Positions 11,101-17,614 of a stretch of 64,000 bases of DNA are shown here, piece by piece. The stretch is from a bacterium (GTDB lineage Bacteria; RBG-13-61-14; DATKZS01), in NCBI GenBank assembly GCA_963674965.2, contig CAXXFL010000003.1, positions 320,001 to 384,000 on the forward strand. Direction: 5' to 3'. Below the pieces are notes generated by a model, which saw only the letters and a list, made by a program, of their open reading frames with translations, ran no database searches and had not been told where the DNA came from. How positions within the stretch are numbered: position 1 is the first letter of the stretch; the number at the start of each line of letters is the position of its first letter. The position numbers were made by a program, and so were the translations under genes.

Positions 11101-12346
11101 TGCCGAAAAAGCCGACGAATACCAGGATAAACTGTTCAAGCTTCAGCTTGTGGACCCGGACGCGGGCCTTGAAGTCTACGAGGGATACGCCTCGTTCCTG
11201 GTCCGGTCGGGCGAGATGGACGCCGCCGCGGCCGTCGCCGAGCAAGCGGTCTCCGACAAGCCGGGCTCGCTCGCCGCGCTGATAAAGGCCGCCGCCATAT
11301 TCGAGGAGATGAAGGATTATCAAAAAGCCATCGGGCAAAGGCGCCTGGCGGAGGACCTCGAGCCCCAGGACGCGGGCAACCTCGCCGCGTTGGGCGCCGA
11401 CCTCATCCGGATCGGGAAGGAGAACGAAGCGCTTCTCGTTTTCCATGACGCCCTTGTCTCGAGCTCGATTTCCAGGAATCAAAAGATCGAGATGCTCCGC
11501 GTGGCCCGGGACGTCCTGATGGAGGGAAACGAGGAAGCCGCGAAAACGTTTTTCGATCACTTCAGCGAGCGGGCCGGCAAGGGTTCGGACTTCGACGACC
11601 TTATTTGCCTGGCCGCCGCCGTCTCGGCCAGGGCCGGGGGCGACGGGGAGTACGCGGCCCGGACGGCCTCGGCGCTCGTCGGACCCGGCTTTCCATCATC
11701 CTCCTCGTTCCTCGGCCAAACTCTCCTGGAAGCGGGACGCGCCAAGGAGGCGGCCGGGATTTTAACGGCAAGCCTTTACCGTTTCCCCGGCGACGACGAC
11801 GCCCGGGCCCTGCTTGGTCTTTGCCATTTGAGGCAAGGCGAGCCGGCCAAGGCGGTCAGTCTTATTTTCGGCCAAAGCGGTTATTTTTTGCCCGGCGAGT
11901 TCGAGGACGAGTACTGGGCGCGGGACCGGGCGCGCCAAGTCCTGGGCGGCGGGCTCGAGCTCGAGTTCAAGATCGAGCTTGTAAGAGGGCTGGCGGATGG
12001 ACTTCTCAAGCTGGAGTCGCATGACGCGGCGCTCGCGGCGCTTGGGACCCTGCTCGATTATCTATCGGAGGGCGGAGAATACGAAGGTCCATCCCGCGCT
12101 CACGAGGAAACGGTTTCCGCCGGCGCGCTGGACAAGGAGCTTTCCGAGTCCATCGGCAAGCAACTGGCGACGATCGAAAAGGCCCGCCGGGAGAAAGAAA
12201 AAGAGTCCGGGCAAAGGCCCCGCGTACTCGAGCGGCTCGACAACGCCGAGGCCTGGTCCGATTTGCCGCCCGACCTGGAGTTCCCCGGGAAATACTACTG
12301 GTCCATGGCGGATGAAGCCGCCGCCGGGAAGGAGGGACAAAAATGA
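5141..12346 (+). CDS. Giant exported TPR / alpha-helical repeat protein
   Basis: 2401 aa; signal-peptide-like N-terminus; many TPR-like units (e.g. YEAFRYQGILALEMGDLDLARDGFAKALEIEP); ATGA overlaps with both neighbours; coding-type codon usage. Confidence 0.85.
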   Translation: MIMSCLNRRKYFSAAMVLAASFFASALYCSSAAGSEKSRDPYFRSPEEVQVPGAVRARMDGLYYEFMPLMGSSCLAPRTPAEVEKGLAGLIEAFPEETDLYLERAGARRSMGDAAGALADIQTAVQKAKDKKRALRALADFYGDGLERKKEIEALDSLLAELEKGPTQNKAAIKSLIGEIISRASAGLVAIDEKAYRRRFVDLFPDDIEAALTYLKEVAKSSDEREALAETANFMGRFPERPEPFLAIMADIHYAGGHKDKAIEVYLDGLTPESRPSVFYSFFESLQKRDDLEAFANEIKNPAGKHSEKDKAIVFHLMLFDGDWEEASSFLERWLKDTPETKKEKLRTFARYFTLCQRHERAAQLRYGGLAEAGPKEREEWIGELYSSLLSSRSGAMAAPGSMAGPFSIRLLDPSPGITGGLLSLLLNGREMGETFSDISRMEERHANLALALNLLAKYREDFPDGRLAPEMEMAAIGRYWDLGYWNAAAAAADAFLRDHPENELAAAVLEKRCASLINLGRFEEADAGYGELLSRVGGDEDKYLAVLSEYARRLRSKERVPQMVALYWREVEAHPENRRLYDQFLQDISYLSLDEDKARLYRMAVKKIPGRGWYDRLSRYYLRSSMFAEYEETLGSAVESLPEDEIGPFLDGAVGEMKNSKWTAVKAALFLEAHRKYPRNPEYMKRYIQLAQKIEKWEKNSNSLPSPSSVEFARQNLMDDPQTDGFIGRSLLEGMMARDDLRSELARLEDGWSVNPAETYFLAIAHDHLGQYEKSLSHWRRLAEIYPGTAQFQETLSERLLGLSRSRPKEYPSSSSEAVEVMSRAAKMYPASSRFPTAIGEALAERGRFGEALAWWDKPIEAEPGRPGPYLRAAEIAWDYYQYDAAIERLRLARERLKDPALFALEIGAVLEDKGQADQAIAEYVNALCQKDGRSQYKILSRLDALAGREGLESLIDSRFQAAILHAPSNPGPVWSYYDYLNLRERSGDGGKLLLDAAERISDVKFLHEARMALEISGLKEAELAVIRKLVQAKDPSPDDVIRLVRYFRLNGGEEIGAAADSAAAVIASIPAAKARLHYYRELVEELILAGRLERAAEALRRVLPDARGDDKKSAVLEFARVLSDLDNYAEAANALDSLLEERGWDEDVFRALVSVHVARKDHISIIELNGKQKKAIASKIKGVMERRREYASLHLVTASALAELRRAGEALDYYMEWLNQDPTDPDKLRTVFVYAKQRGLEKKVIERYEKEARTANKDYRWSLSAGRLEAWDHDLKEAAKSYNRAAWNEPGKAVLYEEAAKVRVALHEYEEAAKLLESLYAIEKESDQLGRAARSWALAGREDKALEIVAASVKRGGGRSRYFKAALALEAAGLPEEGLTYLETGLEEALQKIERNSISRGELDDLVRIYAKAGKTEEAMDLIFGAWSRALEKSSNPSNKYVKWRIDQNLRAIRTAALETIPLELLQRGKAQDLASAESRINAAMKGSPYPAADLDAFAKNCGFTDQAAELVDEESKRDSNHLLVMADFWAGRLAWKKVVALDAQPSRRRANAFLWMDQPDKALAELTSLYMVHSGGYEPLLYLAAERNAEQTLKLCLDDGSNVAEEADYLVELGRPDLAIRTIRSSKDPVWSAFKEMLVKDHFSEKDPELAARAAAALRNWSVSARLDSPFNAALEARGHEYSVMAMEYARYLKLLGRGPEARDFYYAAAEESPTSYEAFRYQGILALEMGDLDLARDGFAKALEIEPPDLSSRNGLALAILKSGNKKDALKNLELLAKDSSTWDRAEYKYYAMLSRGMEKEAVEFIVRWAKAAYADYRDSGMLGVRELALLAEKKPSLARAPLTDLVQYLIASYPDDVELASSAVFEELLRGKDADPAYDALVLAYGKDRNAEGDLHLWEDRRIDHWLDTGRYEEALEELNRREIPLSPGEVPPENVKRRARALIGKGETGEALVSLESFLSLDPYSLDALKLAREVALEEGLAEKADEYQDKLFKLQLVDPDAGLEVYEGYASFLVRSGEMDAAAAVAEQAVSDKPGSLAALIKAAAIFEEMKDYQKAIGQRRLAEDLEPQDAGNLAALGADLIRIGKENEALLVFHDALVSSSISRNQKIEMLRVARDVLMEGNEEAAKTFFDHFSERAGKGSDFDDLICLAAAVSARAGGDGEYAARTASALVGPGFPSSSSFLGQTLLEAGRAKEAAGILTASLYRFPGDDDARALLGLCHLRQGEPAKAVSLIFGQSGYFLPGEFEDEYWARDRARQVLGGGLELEFKIELVRGLADGLLKLESHDAALAALGTLLDYLSEGGEYEGPSRAHEETVSAGALDKELSESIGKQLATIEKARREKEKESGQRPRVLERLDNAEAWSDLPPDLEFPGKYYWSMADEAAAGKEGQK

Positions 12347-14091
12347 AGACGCTCAGCTTGTTCAGCCCGGGAGGAAAAGCAAGGCTTCTCGCCCTGGTAG
12401 CGGCGGCCGTCCTTCTCGCCGCGCTCACGGGTTGCCCGGCCAAGGACGGCGGCGAACGGAGAGGCGGTGAAGGCGCCGCTCAAGTCCCCGCGGCCTTTAG
12501 CGGCCATTCTCCCCCCCCGGCCTTGATGGAAGCCGCATCCCCCTTTCCCGCGGGGGCGCTGGTATTCCTTTACTCGCCGGACCTGTCCGATCTGCTCGAA
12601 AAGGTCGAGACTTCCTCCAGCCTCAAGGTCTATCTTGACTCTCAGGGCCACGCGCGCTTCAAGGACTCCCGTCTTTTCCGGAAACTGACCACCCGTTTCG
12701 AGGAACTGGCGGGCCTGGCCTCGGACGAGGCCCGCTTCGGGGACCTGGCCGGCCTGGCGGGAAAGGAAAGCGCCCTGGCCCTCTACGACATAGGGGAGGT
12801 CAAGTTCGTCTACTCGAGCCGGGCGCCGATGGAGAAAATCTCCCGGGCCATGCTCTGGGGCGCTCGGGACAAGGCGGAGGAGATCGGCCTGGAGGGAGAG
12901 ACTTATTACGCCCTGGTTTCATCGGGCGGACCCGGCGCGCTTTACTTCGGCGTACGGGAGGAATCTCTCGTCGTCTCCAATGATGAAGACCTTTTCCAGA
13001 GCGTGTTCTCCGCCCTCGGCGGCGGCGAGGCCCAGACGCCGAAACTGTCGGAATCGGACCCGTTCAAGTCGGCCTTTCCCAAGGACCTCGAGGCCGGCGA
13101 CCTGGTCATGTACCTGGACCAGGAGGCGCTCAACCAGGACTGGTATTTCAAGCATTACTGGATTTATCAAAACCTCGAGGATATCTCCTGGATTAAAAGC
13201 GCGGCCGTGGACCTCGAGATCGGCGACCTCCTTTGGCGGGAGCGAAGGTTCATCGCCGGGGAAGGGCCCCCGGATCGATACGTCAACCGGGACCTGTCCA
13301 TGCGGGACGCCTTGGCGCCGCTGGGAGATGTCCTCGAGTGCGTCGGCTCGCCGGGCGACAATGAAGCGGCCATGCTCGCGCTGGGAAACCTGTTCACCGC
13401 CTCGGAACTCGGCGAGGCCCTGAAAGGCGGCGACGCGGGCGAGGGGAAGGCGCGGACGCTCGCCGAGTGGATCGGCCGGCTTGGGGAAATCCTGCATCCG
13501 GCCGGACCGGTCGCGGCCGGTTCCGTCAGCGGCCTCGAGTGGACGGAAGGCCGCGTATTCTGGCGCCGGCGTGGATCGGTGGTCCTCGAGCTGGCCCATC
13601 CCGGCGAGCTGGACCTTGCCGGACTTCGCCGGGAGTGGGCCGCCAACTGGAGCAAAATCCTTTTCGGCGCCTCCTCCCATCAGCTTGAATGGAAGAAAGG
13701 GCAAGAGGGGACCGCCCTGTCCATGCCTTTCCTGAAGGACATGGAAATTCTGATCGACGCCGACGGGCCTTACCTGATCGTCTCGAACGACGCGAGAATG
13801 CACGTCGAGGTGAAAAAGGCCCTCCTTGCCCCGGCGGGGACCTCCAGGGACCCTTTTAGCGGGGCCTACTATTCCAGATGGGACATGAACGAGGCTGGTC
13901 ATTCGGTTCGCCTCGCCTTCGACGCCCTGGACCGTTATGGGGACTGGCCCAGGATGGAAAGCAAGAACGCCCTTCTCGACCTGCGGTCTCTTCTTGACGC
14001 CATGGGTCCGGGAGTGGCGACCCGCGAGGTCCTGGCCGGCGACGACCTGCTGGAGGAGCGCGTAACCTTCAAGGGAGAAATCCCCGGATGA
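12343..14091 (+). CDS. Hypothetical lipoprotein
   Basis: 582 aa; lipobox LAALTGC after a hydrophobic stretch; SD GGAGGG; translationally coupled to the giant TPR gene. Confidence 0.75.
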   Translation: MKTLSLFSPGGKARLLALVAAAVLLAALTGCPAKDGGERRGGEGAAQVPAAFSGHSPPPALMEAASPFPAGALVFLYSPDLSDLLEKVETSSSLKVYLDSQGHARFKDSRLFRKLTTRFEELAGLASDEARFGDLAGLAGKESALALYDIGEVKFVYSSRAPMEKISRAMLWGARDKAEEIGLEGETYYALVSSGGPGALYFGVREESLVVSNDEDLFQSVFSALGGGEAQTPKLSESDPFKSAFPKDLEAGDLVMYLDQEALNQDWYFKHYWIYQNLEDISWIKSAAVDLEIGDLLWRERRFIAGEGPPDRYVNRDLSMRDALAPLGDVLECVGSPGDNEAAMLALGNLFTASELGEALKGGDAGEGKARTLAEWIGRLGEILHPAGPVAAGSVSGLEWTEGRVFWRRRGSVVLELAHPGELDLAGLRREWAANWSKILFGASSHQLEWKKGQEGTALSMPFLKDMEILIDADGPYLIVSNDARMHVEVKKALLAPAGTSRDPFSGAYYSRWDMNEAGHSVRLAFDALDRYGDWPRMESKNALLDLRSLLDAMGPGVATREVLAGDDLLEERVTFKGEIPG

Positions 14092-14104
14092 CGAAATCGA
14101 TCGA

Positions 14105-16180
14105 ATGAAAAATGAAGGAAAAGAAAAAAGGTCCTTGAAAAAAGTCCCGGCCGAGATCGGACGCGCTCTTTTGGCGGCGGCCGCGGCGGCCTTTTCCACC
14201 GGGGCGGTTTCCTTTTACAGGGGCAACTTCGCCACCAGCCCCCTCGTCTCCTTCGCCCTTTTCGGGGCCGCGCTGTGGCTGGTTTTAAGACTGATCGTTT
14301 TCAGGAAGTCCCGGGGGCGAAGGTCGCCCGCTCCGATAGCCGCCTATTTTATTTCCGTCGTCATCCTGTCTTTTATAACTCACCGGGCGGAGCCGACCTC
14401 GGTCAGCTACCTTCCCCTGGGGGACGAAAGCGGGGCCGAGCTATCCGGGCCCCTTCACGACGCGCTCAAGGTCAAGGTGACCGGGCCTTTCAGAACGGAG
14501 ACCCGGGCGGCCTCCCGGATGCCTCTCGTTCCCGGCCTGGCCTTTTCCTTAGCCGTGCCCAAGGACGGCGTTCTTAACCTGGGGGCCCTGGCCGAGAGTA
14601 AAGGCCGTCCCGTCGGGGACGTGGTCATCGAGGTCGCGATCGGCGGACAAGCGGGAGTCGGCCGCCGGAAAATCGGGGAGGTCGCCACTTCCGCCGAGGG
14701 CTGGAGCGACGTATCCATCGACCTTTCCGGCTTCGGTCCGGGTCGGGCCGGCGTCTCCCTGCAAGTCGCGTCCGGCGAGCTGGGCCATCTGAAGGAAACG
14801 AGCCTCTGGGTCAGCGGGCCTCGAGTCTCGACGCGCTCAGGTGCGCCCAACTTGATGCTCATCGTTATCGACACGCTCCGAGCGGATCATCTGTCCTGCG
14901 ATCCCGCCGCTCCGAGAGCGACCCCCAACCTGGCCAAGTGGGCGGCGCGCGGGACCTGGTTCACCCGCAACTACTCCCAAAGCTCCTGGACCCTTCCATC
15001 CATCGCCTCCATCTCCACCTCGCGCATGCCGGCCGAGACCGGAGCGGTCAACGTCAGCGAGTTCAAGCTCGAGGACCGAAACCTCACTTTGGCGGAGACC
15101 CTCTCGAGCCTCGGATACGGGACCGCCATGGTCACGGCCAACCGCGTCATCTCCGCCGGAAACGGGTTCGACCAGGGGTTCGACTCCTTCGTCTCCGTCA
15201 AAAGCAGGCTAAGATACTCGCTCGGAAACGCGCACAGGGTCAACCGGGAGACGCTTGATATAATCGAGCGAGCGTCACCACCCTTTTTCGTCTTCGCCTT
15301 GTACATCGACCCGCATATGCCTTACCTGGCCCCCTGGTCGGACGCGGACTACGCGGGCGTCCTGGGCCAGGCCTTCTTCTCCAGCGCCGGGGCCATGCTC
15401 GATAACTTCATGTCCTCTTCCATTACCGGCTACAGGCGACCGGCGCCCTGGAGCGTTGAGGCCAACAAGCGCCTATACGACGGGGAGGTCAGGTACGTGG
15501 ACCGGGCGTTGGGAGAGCTTTTCGAGGAGTTGGAAAAGCGGGGCCTCCTGGAGAACCTGGTGGTAGTGATCGCCTCGGACCATGGGGAGGAGTTCGCGGA
15601 GCACGGACTTACCGGCCACGGCACGTCTCTTTTCGAGGAACTGATCCGCGTTCCCCTCGTGGTGATAGACTTTCGGGAGGAGGGGCAAAAAGTCGCGAGG
15701 TGGGACGGACTGACCACCAACCTGGACGTGGCGCCCACCTTGCTGGACCTGGCGGGCTTTCCTCCCGCCGAGGGCATGTTGGGGAAATCCTTGAGGCCCG
15801 TCATGATGGGACAATACGAAAGCCGGGAAAGGGCCGCCTTTTCCGAGCTTCCCGAGATACTCCACTACGGGGAACTCGAGGAGATTCACCGGCCCGGGCT
15901 GCGCGACTCCTACCTCCGTTCCATGGTGCGGGAAAAAAAGAAACTGATCAGTCACGTCAACCTTAAGGACAAGGGGGTTACGATTTCCGCTTTCGACCTT
16001 GCTCTCGATCCCTCGGAGGTCATGGACCTTAAGATCGACCCGCCCCCCTGGATGTCCGGGTCGCGGGAGGAAATGGAGCTTTTCTTCGGCGACATGCCCG
16101 ACCCCCACGACCTTCCGAGGGGCGAGCCGCTCGACGCCGGGACCCTGGACCTCCTCAAGACCCTCGGCTACGTGCAGTGA
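14105..16180 (+). CDS. Membrane-anchored sulfatase-like hydrolase/transferase (alkaline phosphatase superfamily)
   Basis: N-terminal TM helices; PNLMLIVIDTLRADHL, SSWTLPSIAS, DPHMPY, YDGEVRYVD, SDHGEEF, C-terminal LKTLGYV. Confidence 0.88.
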   Translation: MKNEGKEKRSLKKVPAEIGRALLAAAAAAFSTGAVSFYRGNFATSPLVSFALFGAALWLVLRLIVFRKSRGRRSPAPIAAYFISVVILSFITHRAEPTSVSYLPLGDESGAELSGPLHDALKVKVTGPFRTETRAASRMPLVPGLAFSLAVPKDGVLNLGALAESKGRPVGDVVIEVAIGGQAGVGRRKIGEVATSAEGWSDVSIDLSGFGPGRAGVSLQVASGELGHLKETSLWVSGPRVSTRSGAPNLMLIVIDTLRADHLSCDPAAPRATPNLAKWAARGTWFTRNYSQSSWTLPSIASISTSRMPAETGAVNVSEFKLEDRNLTLAETLSSLGYGTAMVTANRVISAGNGFDQGFDSFVSVKSRLRYSLGNAHRVNRETLDIIERASPPFFVFALYIDPHMPYLAPWSDADYAGVLGQAFFSSAGAMLDNFMSSSITGYRRPAPWSVEANKRLYDGEVRYVDRALGELFEELEKRGLLENLVVVIASDHGEEFAEHGLTGHGTSLFEELIRVPLVVIDFREEGQKVARWDGLTTNLDVAPTLLDLAGFPPAEGMLGKSLRPVMMGQYESRERAAFSELPEILHYGELEEIHRPGLRDSYLRSMVREKKKLISHVNLKDKGVTISAFDLALDPSEVMDLKIDPPPWMSGSREEMELFFGDMPDPHDLPRGEPLDAGTLDLLKTLGYVQ

Positions 16181-16193
16181 AAATAAACGCGGC

Positions 16194-17507
16194 TTACGAC
16201 TCGAGGTGAGCGCAAAGCCGCTTGGCCAGGCCGATGATGGTCATGACCGTGGGACGGTCCAGGGCCTCGGGAAAGACGGAGGCGTCGCACACGTAAAGCC
16301 CGCCGATCCCGGTCTTCAAGTTCGAGTCGACCACCTGCCCTATCCTGCAGGTGCCGCTGGGATGAGCGCCCTTTACCTCGCTCTCGAATATCGAGCTGGA
16401 CTTGCAGTCGAGCGCCCTTAAAATGTCGGCGGCGACCTGTTTGCCCTTTTTCAGCCTCGCCTGGTCGTCGTCGGTCAGGGGCTTGCTGACCACCCCGTCG
16501 GCGTCCACCCCTCCCGTAAGGTCGTCCTTGACCTTGGCCAGTATGCCCACCATGTTCCCGTAGGAAAAGCCCGAGATCGCCCGGCTCGGGGAAATCCGGG
16601 CGGAGTTGATCGCGAAAAGCCAGCGCGGCTCCATCATGGTCCCCAGCCTGATCCCATGGCTCTCGTAAAACTCCCAACTGACAACGCTCACCGGCGGGTC
16701 CAGGTGGGTCCCCTCGAAGGGGGCCTTGCCATAGACCACCACCGTCGGGTCCACGAAGCAGCCGTCGCCCGCGCCGTCCACTCCGGCCTTTTTCAGGAGC
16801 ATGGGAGAACCGATGCCGCCGGCCGCCAGGATGACCCGGTCGGCGTTGACGCGGAGGCGCTCTCCCGATTTCATCCGGATTAATAAGCCCCTGGCCGCGC
16901 CGCCTTCCACCATCACGCGCTCGCACTCGGTCTCGTCCAGGAAGTGGGCGCCGGAGTACATGGCCTCCCGCACGTACTCCCGAGCGGTCCACTTGGCCCC
17001 GCAGGAGCAGCCCAGGTGGGTCTCGGCCCCGCAGCATCTTCCCTTCACGAACTTGTCCGGATTCAGGAACTTGGGCATGGGCTCCCATTTGTACCCAATC
17101 TTATTGGCCGTCTCCATGACCTTGGCCGAAGACTTTCCCCAAAGTTCCTCCGGCAGCACCCCGTAGCCGGTCTCCTTTTTGATCTCCGGAAGCCACGGCT
17201 CGAGGTCGATGCCGTACCTGGGTTTCAGCCAGGGAGGAGGGTCGGCGGCCGAGGCGCTGTAGACCACGGACGCCCCGCCGGTGGTCAGGGCCCTGAAGAT
17301 GGGCATGCCCTCCTTGGCCCTTAGCAGTCCGTGTCCGTCCAGTACCTGGGCGGCTGTAAGGTAGCTTCTCATGCGTCGGTGGGTCTTTCCCATCTCGAGG
17401 AGGAGCACCTTTTTGCCGGCCCTTGCCAACTCCCGGGCGCAGGTGGCCCCGCCGGGTCCGGACCCGACCACGGCGACGTCGTAATTATTTTTCGGCTTAA
17501 AGTCCAT
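16194..17507 (-). CDS. GMC family FAD-dependent oxidoreductase
   Basis: YDVAVVGSGPGG dinucleotide motif; ILAAGGIGSPMLL; HPSGTCRIG; GLYVCDASVFP. Start moved to MDFKPK, which has a GGAG SD. Confidence 0.88.
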   Translation of the reverse strand: MDFKPKNNYDVAVVGSGPGGATCARELARAGKKVLLLEMGKTHRRMRSYLTAAQVLDGHGLLRAKEGMPIFRALTTGGASVVYSASAADPPPWLKPRYGIDLEPWLPEIKKETGYGVLPEELWGKSSAKVMETANKIGYKWEPMPKFLNPDKFVKGRCCGAETHLGCSCGAKWTAREYVREAMYSGAHFLDETECERVMVEGGAARGLLIRMKSGERLRVNADRVILAAGGIGSPMLLKKAGVDGAGDGCFVDPTVVVYGKAPFEGTHLDPPVSVVSWEFYESHGIRLGTMMEPRWLFAINSARISPSRAISGFSYGNMVGILAKVKDDLTGGVDADGVVSKPLTDDDQARLKKGKQVAADILRALDCKSSSIFESEVKGAHPSGTCRIGQVVDSNLKTGIGGLYVCDASVFPEALDRPTVMTIIGLAKRLCAHLES

Positions 17508-17614
17508 GGCAAACTCCATAACCATCGTTATCTTGCAATTGAGGCCGTTTGTATTTTCCGCCTTTACCATGTTACAAAAGCCCGATATGGGTTACAACCG
17601 AAAAAGGAAATAAA

